In this document: in pieces, positions 25,642 to 33,146 of the stretch
Numbering within the stretch: the first letter of the stretch is position 1
Layout: each line of letters begins with the position of its first letter
Position numbers and translations under genes: made by a program
Virus record (IMG/VR): IMGVR_UViG_3300025018_000369
Location: 1-33,146 of that record
Length of the DNA: 33,146 nucleotides
Source of the DNA: a virus
Taxonomy: Duplodnaviria; Caudoviricetes
Strand: one strand, 5' to 3'
The notes under the pieces: model-generated
What the model was told of the DNA's origin: nothing
Seen by the model: only the letters and a program-made list of their open reading frames with translations
The model's database searches: none

Positions 25642-25828
25642 ACCAGGGCAAAGTGTCGGGGGAGATTTGCCCTGGTATTAATAGAAATGCAACCATCGGT
25701 AACGACTAAACTGCTCCGATTACGTGTGCCTTAGACCGACAAACAACACATCTTGCGCAATGTTATAACGAGGGAATTTCCACAACCCCGGACGGTTACG
25801 CTAAGGAGCTTCAGCCCCATTGCATTTC
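25642..25828 (-). ncRNA. Candidate structured intergenic RNA in the early operon
   Basis: ~195-bp gap in an otherwise overlapping-gene operon; 9-bp closing stem 25828-25820/25692-25684 with nested helices, then an 11-bp perfect hairpin 25676-25666/25652-25642. Confidence 0.5.
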
Positions 25829-25958
25829 AATATTTCAGTTTTTTACGTTTCTCTATTTTATCCTTCTCCAGGGCCTTGGCAGCCTTGAGCGCCTTTAGGG
25901 CAGACTGCCGTTGTTCCTGGGCAATTTCATAGGCCGTTAGGCTGTTCCTTGACTTCAT
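25827..25958 (-). CDS. Small basic helical protein, 43 aa
   Basis: MKSRNSLTAYEIAQEQRQSALKALKAAKALEKDKIEKRKKLKY; fills the gap before the structured region. Confidence 0.5.
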   Translation of the reverse strand: MKSRNSLTAYEIAQEQRQSALKALKAAKALEKDKIEKRKKLKY

Positions 25959-26109
25959 TCTCCTCTTTGGCTAAATGCTCCTGGAGGGCAACGGCCTCAC
26001 TCGCGGTAAGTTCCGATACCGACACCCAATTGCCGTTCATGTCCTTGTACACTATTTTATTGCGTACCCTTATCCTTTCTTCTGAAATGGTAGTGATTAC
26101 TATGGCCAT
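25927..26109 (-). CDS. Hypothetical protein
   Basis: 60 aa, TAATG-coupled to the upstream gene. Confidence 0.65.
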   Translation of the reverse strand: MAIVITTISEERIRVRNKIVYKDMNGNWVSVSELTASEAVALQEHLAKEENEVKEQPNGL

Positions 26110-26498
26110 TATTTCCTGTAATTAAGCTTCCACAGTTTCTTACCTTCAACCTCTACCGGTTCCGGGGAAAGCCAAAGCCTAGTGGTCTTTTTGGGAAGGT
26201 TCAGGGATTCATAAATAAAATCCCTTAACGCTCCATTAAAGAATACAAGAGCTTTATTAGGCTGCTTGCCTCTGTTTTTGTACCCTTTTAAAGGGTAATC
26301 CCCTTCTTTACCGAAACTAAAGTACCAGATACCGGGTTCCTCTTCGCCCTGAAAAAACACAACTTTATCCTTCTCGGTAATGCCAAGATCTTCTACCGTC
26401 TGATGGCTTATGGTTGTACTGCCATTGCTAGCAGAGAAACTTATGTACCTGCCTTTTTGCTGACGTCCTGTTAGGACTATTCTCTTTATTTTCAACAT
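26109..26498 (-). CDS. Hypothetical basic beta-rich protein
   Basis: 129 aa in the early operon. Confidence 0.7.
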   Translation of the reverse strand: MLKIKRIVLTGRQQKGRYISFSASNGSTTISHQTVEDLGITEKDKVVFFQGEEEPGIWYFSFGKEGDYPLKGYKNRGKQPNKALVFFNGALRDFIYESLNLPKKTTRLWLSPEPVEVEGKKLWKLNYRK

Positions 26499-26500
26499 AA

Positions 26501-27151
26501 CTACAGGCTGCTAAAGTTTAATAGAATGTTCTGCCATTTGCCGTCCGTTCCACGGGTCTTGAATTCATATCCAAAACCCTTAACGTGGGTGTTGTAGGAT
26601 TCCTTGATCAACTTAATTCCCTCTTTCCATCTAGGGTCATGGAATTTGTCCTCATGTTGCCATAAGTTCATGACCCTTCCATATTCCATATCCCCTTTGG
26701 CGTTTTTCTCCAGAAAACTTATTAGGATTTCATAAAGTTTCTGATCGCGCTTTTTAACGGCATCCCCTAAAAAGTCCTTGATAAGTTCCACGGCTTTAAG
26801 GCTTCGTTCGTCCCAATTGGGTTCCGTATCCCTACGGCGTGTAATCCTAAGGGTTCCCGTGGCATCCGTTAAGGAAAACCCTCCCTTGCTCTTTCCTGGC
26901 ATTTTACCGTACTCGTTCAATAAAATGGCATGCTCCTCAAAATCTGTATGGCAAATGGCCTTAAATTTGGCCAAGGAGTTCTGTAAATCCATGGCGGTGC
27001 TAATGATATCCGACACGGTTGCGTCCCTTTTTTCTTCATAGGCCTTGCGCTCACGCTCTTCTTTTGCCGCCCTTTGCTTTTTTTTCTGGTCCATAAGGGC
27101 TTCCAGTTCCTCCAAGCTCATCTCGGTAGGGTCTTTTAGTGTTTCATTCAT
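26501..27151 (-). CDS. DUF3164 family protein (Mu-like phage early protein)
   Basis: Coiled-coil N-terminus; GGFSLTD...WDERSLKAVELIKDFL...DPRWKEGIKLIKESY...ILLNFSSL. Confidence 0.85.
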   Translation of the reverse strand: MNETLKDPTEMSLEELEALMDQKKKQRAAKEERERKAYEEKRDATVSDIISTAMDLQNSLAKFKAICHTDFEEHAILLNEYGKMPGKSKGGFSLTDATGTLRITRRRDTEPNWDERSLKAVELIKDFLGDAVKKRDQKLYEILISFLEKNAKGDMEYGRVMNLWQHEDKFHDPRWKEGIKLIKESYNTHVKGFGYEFKTRGTDGKWQNILLNFSSL

Positions 27152-27162
27152 ATTCTCGATTT

Positions 27163-27309
27163 TTACGTGGTTAATAATTCTTGTGGATCCATAATGGCCA
27201 GCAGCTTATGATGGTACTGCTTAACGCCTTCTATGTGCGGGCTATCCGGATAGGTTTTTATCCATCCGCCAATGGCGGCCACCCTATTGATCAGTTCAAT
27301 GTCGTTCAT
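27163..27309 (-). CDS. Small hypothetical protein, 48 aa
   Basis: MNDIELINRVAAIGGWIKTYPDSPH...; ATGA-coupled to the upstream gene. Confidence 0.55.
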   Translation of the reverse strand: MNDIELINRVAAIGGWIKTYPDSPHIEGVKQYHHKLLAIMDPQELLTT

Positions 27310-27545
27310 GGTGTTATGGTTTTATAAATGTGTTGTACTTTTTCCTCTAAATGGGCGGGTATGGTATAGGTAGGCATTGCGGTACCGCTGCCCTCCGCTA
27401 TTTCATCCAGGGCGGCCATTAGTTTGGCGCGTTCCATGGTAAGGCAAATTCGCTGCCCCGCACTTAGTCCGCGATTGCCCCTAAGGCTCCACCGGTAAAC
27501 ATCCAACAATAGGTCTATCCGTTCTATAATCTGTGATTTATTCAT
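27306..27545 (-). CDS. Hypothetical protein
   Basis: 79 aa in the early operon. Confidence 0.65.
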   Translation of the reverse strand: MNKSQIIERIDLLLDVYRWSLRGNRGLSAGQRICLTMERAKLMAALDEIAEGSGTAMPTYTIPAHLEEKVQHIYKTITP

Positions 27546-27894
27546 TGTATGCTGTAGCTTTAATTTCTTTTCTTATGGTTTGTAAAATGGCCTTTGGGTA
27601 ATGTTTTTCGATGGTTTTGGGATATTTTACAAATAGCTCCAAAAAGGTATCCGGGTCATTAATGCCTTTCTCCAGATATGGCCTAAAGTCTTCATAGAAT
27701 TGGTTCTCCACATCCTTAATCCATTGGTCGCAATACCAGTTGTACAAATAATCGTTGGTGGTTAGCCTTCTTTGGGGCAAAGCCCATCTAAAGGCATACT
27801 CGTTGCACCATTTCTCAAAGCACTGTGTCCTAAAATTGTCATACGCCAAGTAGGGGATGTCCAATGCTGCCCTAATAATCTTATGTCTGTTCAT
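27538..27894 (-). CDS. Hypothetical protein
   Basis: 118 aa, aromatic-rich. Confidence 0.7.
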   Translation of the reverse strand: MNRHKIIRAALDIPYLAYDNFRTQCFEKWCNEYAFRWALPQRRLTTNDYLYNWYCDQWIKDVENQFYEDFRPYLEKGINDPDTFLELFVKYPKTIEKHYPKAILQTIRKEIKATAYNE

Positions 27895-27900
27895 GGCTTC

Positions 27901-28524
27901 TTATTTTATCTCGTTCCAATATTCTGCCGCTCGCTTCGGAAATATTACAAAGGGCTCCGTTCCACCGTATCGGCTAATGGCAATGGCCTTATAACCCTCT
28001 ATCCATATTTTCACAAAACTTAGGTACTCTATTCGTTTGCCGCGTCTGCCTTCGGGCTTTTTGCCCTCTGCGTGGCCTACGTATATGAATACTACCTCAG
28101 GAAACTCCTTTTTTAGATCGGTGTATTCTTTAAGTGTCATTTCAAAGAGCTGTAAACTGTCTATGATTACGAAGTTTGCCCGGTTGCGCCGTTTCAATCT
28201 CTTACGGAGCTCTTGGTACTGGTCCTCGATCAATAGAAACTTGTTGCCCACGGTTTCCATGCCCACGCGCCTAAGTGCCTTTTCAAAACTGAGTGCGGTA
28301 CCTTCCTCCAGACCGTTGTACCATACCGTTCCAAATTGGGTAAGGTACTTGGCCAATTGTGTGCAGTAGCTTGTTTTACCATTGCCAGAATGGCCGTAGA
28401 TAAACCAAGAGCCAACTGCCTCGGGCTGTCCAATATGTTCTTCCCATTTGCCTGTAAATTCATATATGTTTCTCTTTTTTCCATATAATTCTGATGTTGG
28501 GACAGCTCTCTTAATAGCGGGCAT
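27901..28524 (-). CDS. RecA/KaiC-like P-loop ATPase
   Basis: GHSGNGKT Walker A, VIIDSLQ Walker B, SRYGG C-terminal motif. Confidence 0.85.
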   Translation of the reverse strand: MPAIKRAVPTSELYGKKRNIYEFTGKWEEHIGQPEAVGSWFIYGHSGNGKTSYCTQLAKYLTQFGTVWYNGLEEGTALSFEKALRRVGMETVGNKFLLIEDQYQELRKRLKRRNRANFVIIDSLQLFEMTLKEYTDLKKEFPEVVFIYVGHAEGKKPEGRRGKRIEYLSFVKIWIEGYKAIAISRYGGTEPFVIFPKRAAEYWNEIK

Positions 28525-28546
28525 TCATATAGTGTTTAAGCGGTTT

Positions 28547-28804
28547 TTAATAGTATCTTTTTGGGGGTGTGTCCCAGGGGACGCAGGCATCTGTTATTAA
28601 GAACTTGTGGGCTATTCCATCCAAAATAAAATCTTGTGGCACCCTATAGCCCTGAAGGGTTTCCTTTAATCTAAAATGCTCGGCATTTTCTTCTTTCTGG
28701 TAATGATCAAACTGAATTTTGCACGGCATTTCTTCCTTTTCGCAGGAGGCCATTGCCATTAGCAACGTGGCCAACATGATTATGCTACTCCTTTTCATCG
28801 CCAT
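28547..28804 (-). CDS. Small lipoprotein
   Basis: MKRSSIIMLATLLMAMAS-C-EKEE lipoprotein signal. Confidence 0.65.
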   Translation of the reverse strand: MAMKRSSIIMLATLLMAMASCEKEEMPCKIQFDHYQKEENAEHFRLKETLQGYRVPQDFILDGIAHKFLITDACVPWDTPPKRYY

Positions 28805-29666
28805 CGGTGTTTTGGTTATCTTTTTTCTTCTTGTTGGCGTAAATTTTACGCTTTACCCGCCTTAGGTCCCCTTCGCTATCTTCTATGATATCCTTTAGTT
28901 CTGAGCGTACCATAATGCCGTTGGCGGTGCATATTTGGGCAATGTCCGTACTGCTTACCTCTTTTAGTTCTATAAACTTGCGGCCCAATCGGCTATATAT
29001 TTCGCGGTACCCTCGTTTGTTTAGGCGAATGCCACGGTCAATCCGCTTCTTAAGGTGGTTGGTGGCCATTAGGACAATCCCGCAATGGTCCTCTAGTTGG
29101 TTGTACAGGGTGATGAAAAAGTACAGTACCTGGTCCGTCAGTTTATCCGCCTCGTCCATGATGATCATTGGGGCATCCTTCATTTTCAAGTGTTTTACCG
29201 CCTCGCTCATCATTTCGGCAACCGTTAGGCCGCTAAAGTCGCGCCCCATTGCCGTAAGAAGCTCACTTAAAAAATACTTTCTGTTCCAGTATTCGTTGCA
29301 CTGCAACAAATAGGCGTTCTTATGGTTGGCGCAGTATTGACGGGCTGCAAAGCTTTTGCCACATCCGGCGTTTCCAGTGATTCCAAACACCAGGCTAGAA
29401 CTGTGGGAATCCTTAAAGAGTTTGGTAAGCTTTTTATAGTTTACGGTCTCTACAGCTTCCCAACGGTTGGGGTTGTAGTCTATTTGGGCGGCAATATTGC
29501 GCCACATACTGTCTTTTATAAACTCCCAATTTTCGTTTAAAATCTGGCTAATAGTGGCAGAGCTAACGCCCTTAAGGCTGTTGGCTGCGGCATTTTGGGA
29601 ATCGAACCGCTGCACATAGGTTTTTAATGCTCCTTGGATTTCTTGTTTTTGGACTTTTGTTAACAT
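28785..29666 (-). CDS. MuB-like transposition AAA+ ATPase
   Basis: N-terminal HTH (SQNAAANSLKGVSSATISQIL), GNAGCGKS Walker A, IIMDEADKL Walker B; start taken at ATG 29666 (293 aa). Confidence 0.92.
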   Translation of the reverse strand: MLTKVQKQEIQGALKTYVQRFDSQNAAANSLKGVSSATISQILNENWEFIKDSMWRNIAAQIDYNPNRWEAVETVNYKKLTKLFKDSHSSSLVFGITGNAGCGKSFAARQYCANHKNAYLLQCNEYWNRKYFLSELLTAMGRDFSGLTVAEMMSEAVKHLKMKDAPMIIMDEADKLTDQVLYFFITLYNQLEDHCGIVLMATNHLKKRIDRGIRLNKRGYREIYSRLGRKFIELKEVSSTDIAQICTANGIMVRSELKDIIEDSEGDLRRVKRKIYANKKKKDNQNTDGDEKE

Positions 29667-29698
29667 AACTTTGCTTTTTTTGATTACACATTTAATTG

Positions 29699-29732
29699 GC
29701 CCTGTAGGTTGCAGCCTATGGGGCTTATTTTT
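29699..29732 (+). terminator. Intrinsic terminator antisense to the early operon, between transposase and ATPase genes
   Basis: GCCCTGTAGG/CCTATGGGGC 10-bp stem (two G-U pairs that work only on +) followed by TTATTTTT. Confidence 0.6.
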
Positions 29733-31761
29733 ACATATCATCGTAGATATCGTCCTCGTCTTCGGACACTACCACCATGTTGCTTATTTTCTTTTGATAG
29801 GCTCCTATTTCGGCTCCCTTTCCTTTATTGGCTTTGTTTTCCTTGTTTTTCTTGGACTGGCTCTCTATGCCTTTTAATGCAGGAGAGTTAAGGCCGTACT
29901 GTTCTGGGAGCATGCCGTGCTGTTCAAGGATGGCGTCCATCTTATCCCGTACCGCTATGCGGCGGTTTTTGTTTTGGGCATCCATTTGTTGTATAAAACT
30001 GGCTTCCCATGGTTCCTGCTCTTGTTTGCCCCTGTGTATCTCCACTTTGGTTTCTGCAGCTGTAAGGAACCTTAACCCTAATGGGGTCATTTCGTAGAGA
30101 TAGACAAGGCTCATATCCTCAGGATCAAATTTTACATGCACCTTGCGGTCTACGTTACTGGCAAGCCAATCCACGTCCGGTAGTCTGTCCTCGTTATAAG
30201 GCACGTAGGTGTATTTCTGCTTTTTCTCGGTGAAGGTGATCCCAAAGGCGGTAACCGTTACCGGTTTTTCCCTCTCTATCCAGAAGATGTCCACCATTTC
30301 GAACATTCCAATAGCAGGGGCTTTAGGATTGTTACTAGCGTAGTACATTTCAATTCTTGGCATACCGGTATCATGGTGCGGTGCCTGGTTCCATTCCGTA
30401 CGCCTCTTGGCATATACCTCCTTGATCTCCTCCAGCGTTGGTAAATTGGCCGTATTAGCGGTGAACATTTCGGCATTTAGCTTACTTTCTTCTTTTTTGG
30501 CTGTGATATTCTGCCCAGTAAAGAACCAATCACGCTTTAAAAACTGTTGTTGAAACCGTCCAAAGGCATTCTCTATGGTCTTGGATTTACCGTTGTAAGG
30601 CTGAGTTTTGATACTTATCCTGGACACTTTTCCCAAGAAATTGCCTGCGGCGAGTTTACTGTGTCCTCCTTGGCCGTCAAAGCCAATTTGATAAGGCCTA
30701 TGTCCAGATATTTTTACGGCCATCTTATAGGCAAAATATTGGGCTTCGTAATCCTCTGTTTTGCTAATGTGATACCCTAGAAGCACTTCGCTAAAAGCAT
30801 CCATTACCTCATACACTTGGCAAGTGGCCACTTTTCCGTTTTCATCCCTGTAGAAATAGTTCAACTTTGTTCCATCACTGTACCAAAGACTGTCCCTCAT
30901 GCTAGGCAACTTGGTAGAATGCTGGTAGTTCCTTTTCTCTTTGGATTTTAGTTCGCCGTAGCGGTAGCCCTCCCAAAGCATTTTAATATCCGGGTGCTGC
31001 AAGTAGTTGTACAAGGTTTCCTCTGCCTTGAGCAGCTTCCAACCTTGTTTGGCAGCCTTCTCGTTGTATTCGGCAAGTAGTTGTGCAAAATTGGCCACCT
31101 TTTTAACCCTGTCGGCCCAACGTGCAATGACCCATATTTTGGCATTGTCATTAATTTTCTCCGAGTTCTTATGCCCATGGCCACCGTGTATAAGTGATTC
31201 GTAGGAGTTCTCTATAAAGGCATCGTATTTGCGTCTTAACGATCTGGGATTTTTTGGGAGGGCGTGTAACCAAGTGTGCCTTGGTAAGGAGTGTACCACT
31301 TCTGCCAGTTTCTTCCATGTTGCGGAGATGCCTCCGGAACCTAATGCCTTCGTCTTTAGAATCCGATCATTCAGTACGCGGTTAATGGCGGTCATAATAG
31401 CGGCCTCGGCAGCGTATTTCTTTTGAATGTCCTCGGCAATGGCATCGCCGGACTCTAGGGTATAATTGGCATAGAATTGTATGGCCATGGGGTCCCGCTC
31501 CAAATAGTCTGCAAAAATGATATGTTTGGCGGTTTCCGTAGGGTCTCCATACTGCTCTATTATCTGCTCTTGGTATTCCTGCGGAATGCTCACCCAGGCA
31601 ATCAGGGCCGGAGTATTTTTACCGCCCGCCTTTCGAAGTACATTGAAAGGTCCGCGTTTAACATAGCTATCGTAATTGTGCTTTGTCATGACATTGGCAC
31701 CTCTCTTATTGTATAGCCATCCGCCGTGTACACATAATTGGTTATTATAATGTTCGAACAT
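29731..31761 (-). CDS. MuA-like DDE transposase
   Basis: WYSDGTKLN / IGFDGQGGH / GKSKTIENAFGRFQ catalytic triad contexts; upstream of the MuB-like ATPase; start taken at ATG 31761 (676 aa). Confidence 0.93.
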   Translation of the reverse strand: MFEHYNNQLCVHGGWLYNKRGANVMTKHNYDSYVKRGPFNVLRKAGGKNTPALIAWVSIPQEYQEQIIEQYGDPTETAKHIIFADYLERDPMAIQFYANYTLESGDAIAEDIQKKYAAEAAIMTAINRVLNDRILKTKALGSGGISATWKKLAEVVHSLPRHTWLHALPKNPRSLRRKYDAFIENSYESLIHGGHGHKNSEKINDNAKIWVIARWADRVKKVANFAQLLAEYNEKAAKQGWKLLKAEETLYNYLQHPDIKMLWEGYRYGELKSKEKRNYQHSTKLPSMRDSLWYSDGTKLNYFYRDENGKVATCQVYEVMDAFSEVLLGYHISKTEDYEAQYFAYKMAVKISGHRPYQIGFDGQGGHSKLAAGNFLGKVSRISIKTQPYNGKSKTIENAFGRFQQQFLKRDWFFTGQNITAKKEESKLNAEMFTANTANLPTLEEIKEVYAKRRTEWNQAPHHDTGMPRIEMYYASNNPKAPAIGMFEMVDIFWIEREKPVTVTAFGITFTEKKQKYTYVPYNEDRLPDVDWLASNVDRKVHVKFDPEDMSLVYLYEMTPLGLRFLTAAETKVEIHRGKQEQEPWEASFIQQMDAQNKNRRIAVRDKMDAILEQHGMLPEQYGLNSPALKGIESQSKKNKENKANKGKGAEIGAYQKKISNMVVVSEDEDDIYDDM

Positions 31762-31773
31762 AGGTTTTTTATT

Positions 31774-31818
31774 TGCTCCCGGAGAGGACTCGAACCGCTC
31801 TGTATGCCTTTCGGGAAA
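31774..31818 (-). other. tRNA-like mini-structure (T-loop plus acceptor-like stem), not a complete tRNA
   Basis: TTCCCGA-AAGGCATAC-AGAGCGGTTCGAGTCCTCT-CCGGGAGCA; no D or anticodon arm. Confidence 0.55.
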
Positions 31819-31868
31819 ATCCATAGATTTTTGGTCGCTTAACTAAAATTTATGAGTCTATTTTGTTA

Positions 31869-32048
31869 TTAATTTTCTAGTACACTTATTAATCTATGGC
31901 CATCTGCCAATATGTTTTTGGCTATTTGGGTATTAGTTGCCCTTTTTCCAGTTAGGACCAGTGAAACGTAAGCCGAAGAAACCTTATGTTTTTTAGCAAG
32001 GGCCGTTTTGTTGATGTTGCTTACTTGATCAATATTTAATATGTCCAT
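31869..32048 (-). CDS. Ner/Cro-like HTH regulator
   Basis: NKTALAKKHKVSSAYVSLVLTGKR HTH; first early gene, divergent from the repressor; start at ATG 32048 (59 aa). Confidence 0.8.
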   Translation of the reverse strand: MDILNIDQVSNINKTALAKKHKVSSAYVSLVLTGKRATNTQIAKNILADGHRLISVLEN

Positions 32049-32075
32049 TTTGCTATATTTGTTTAGAATACATGA

Positions 32076-32106
32076 CAAACATATAGCTAAATTAGATAAT
32101 TACAAA
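32076..32106 (-). promoter_or_regulatory. Early lytic promoter (Bacteroidota sigma-A consensus)
   Basis: TTTG(32106-32103)-N19-TATGTTTG(32083-32076); overlapped by the direct repeat TTAGATAATTA (32092, 32123), a candidate operator. Confidence 0.75.
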
Positions 32107-32135
32107 ATTAAATATCCATTTTTTAGATAATTATT

Positions 32136-32633
32136 ATGTACACGTTTGAAAAAATACGGGAAGTTAGAGTTGAATTAGGACTTACTCAAGCTGATTTTGC
32201 TAGTCTTATGGGAGTTTCGCAGAATAATGTCAGTAAGTTCGAGAGTGGTAGAACAAAATTTATCCCAAAAAGCTATATTGATTTTTTGGTTGAAAAAGGA
32301 TACGACATAAATACTCTTTTTGACGATGAAGTACCTCTTAAAAAGTTGGGAGATAGAAATATATTAATGGGGGAATCTTTGGATTTATACCGGGTCAGGA
32401 ACGATGATCCGTTAATAAATACGATTAAACGATCTTTGGGTATAGAAAGTACTTCGCATTTAAACGAGTTATTCTCTCGTTTCGACGAAAACAGCAATTC
32501 CACTATTAACTTCTTTGAATTGTTAATTTTAAATACCTGGGAAAAGAACTATCTCGCAGAAATGAGGCAAATGGAGAGAAGGATTTCGGAACTAGAACGT
32601 TCATTGTCTAGGCAGGATAAAAAAAACCCATAA
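32136..32633 (+). CDS. Prophage repressor (XRE/HTH_3)
   Basis: KIREVRVELGLTQADFASLMGVSQNNVSKFESG; divergent from the early operon; no obvious S24 peptidase domain. Confidence 0.88.
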   Translation: MYTFEKIREVRVELGLTQADFASLMGVSQNNVSKFESGRTKFIPKSYIDFLVEKGYDINTLFDDEVPLKKLGDRNILMGESLDLYRVRNDDPLINTIKRSLGIESTSHLNELFSRFDENSNSTINFFELLILNTWEKNYLAEMRQMERRISELERSLSRQDKKNP

Positions 32634-32832
32634 TTGCACCTATTTAATCCATTCCGCACAAAAATACACACACTTTTTTTAGATATTTTATGTAATTAAT
32701 TAAAAAACAGATGTTTACGTTGTTTTGTTGTGTCGTTTTATGTGCATTATCCCCCCTGTTTTAACACTTTTAAACACATTTATCGTTAAAAAAATGCATT
32801 AAGGGGGTGTTTTCAAGCGTTATTTTACATGA

Positions 32833-32871
32833 AAATGTCCGCCCAAATGTCCGCCCAAATGTCCGCCCAAA
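32833..32871. repeat. Perfect tandem repeat 3 x AAATGTCCGCCC near the repressor-side end
   Basis: Three exact 12-bp copies plus AAA, GC-rich within an AT-rich non-coding region. Confidence 0.95.
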
Positions 32872-33146
32872 GCCTTTTTTATCTATTTTTTTTTAATTAT
32901 TGCATTTTTTTCAATGCTATTCCTAGCTTCAACTTATAGTCTATATAGTGAAAAGAAATAAGCCCCATACAAACCTTAAATTAGGCTTATATAGGGCTTT
33001 TAGCGCGCTTTTGGGTAGAAGATTAAAGCAACCTACTTAAACAGCCTTTAAATACCTTTTAAAATTAACCAAGGATTCAAAGCAATTCAACCTCTGTATT
33101 ATTCAATTTTTAAACTACTCTTGCTCTAAATGCGTGAAATCGCCCG

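Larger units (their letters stand above)
1..33146. mobile_element. Mu-like transposable prophage (siphovirus-type tail), internal portion; ends not within window
   Basis: Repressor/Ner-like/DDE transposase/AAA ATPase block, DUF3164, Mu gp28/29/30/31/36/37-like head genes, tape measure and tail genes, with no tail sheath and no host genes. Confidence 0.95.

Noticed and set aside
31774-31818. Complete tRNA gene or tRNA-derived att site
   Set aside because: Only ~45 nt with no D or anticodon arm, and no integrase is present; kept only as a tRNA-like structure.
29717-32969. 14-bp inverted repeat TATGGGGCTTATTT (29717) / AAATAAGCCCCATA (32956) around transposase and repressor as IS ends or inversion sites
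   Set aside because: A few 14-bp matches are expected by chance in 33 kb; both copies are arms of local hairpins, there is no invertase, and gene order is normal for a Mu-like phage.
32634-33146. Prophage terminus
   Set aside because: No recognisable repeated transposase-binding sites, terminal dinucleotide context or host gene; the end probably lies beyond the window.

Overview
The whole window is the interior of a Mu-like (transposable) siphovirus prophage of a Bacteroidota host. The host assignment (probably Flavobacteriaceae) is inferred from TAnnTTTG promoter boxes and gene families. From right to left it holds a repressor (+), then a long minus-strand early operon (Ner/Cro-like HTH, DDE transposase, MuB-like ATPase, second ATPase, DUF3164, many small ORFs, a KilA-N antirepressor cassette, a lipoprotein moron and a putative late activator). 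Next comes a plus-strand head block (TerS, TerL, gp36-like, portal-MuF-nuclease fusion, gp31/gpS-like, gp37-like) and a divergent minus-strand block (protease/scaffold, capsid, holin, endolysin, tail tube, chaperones, tape measure, Dit, two receptor-binding candidates, and a tail protein cut by the window edge). Neither prophage end is visible. Most notable are: (1) a diversity-generating retroelement (DGR) with one template repeat and two adenine-mutagenised target genes in the early operon but no reverse transcriptase or Avd, where the expected RT start runs straight into a REP-like palindrome; (2) a portal-MuF-PBECR2 fusion with a classic-looking -1 frameshift signal at the portal/MuF junction and a structured antisense RNA unit directly behind the nuclease; (3) an endolysin fused in frame to a u-spanin-like lipoprotein; (4) several structured non-coding RNA candidates. 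All family calls are from motif recognition and synteny, not database searches.
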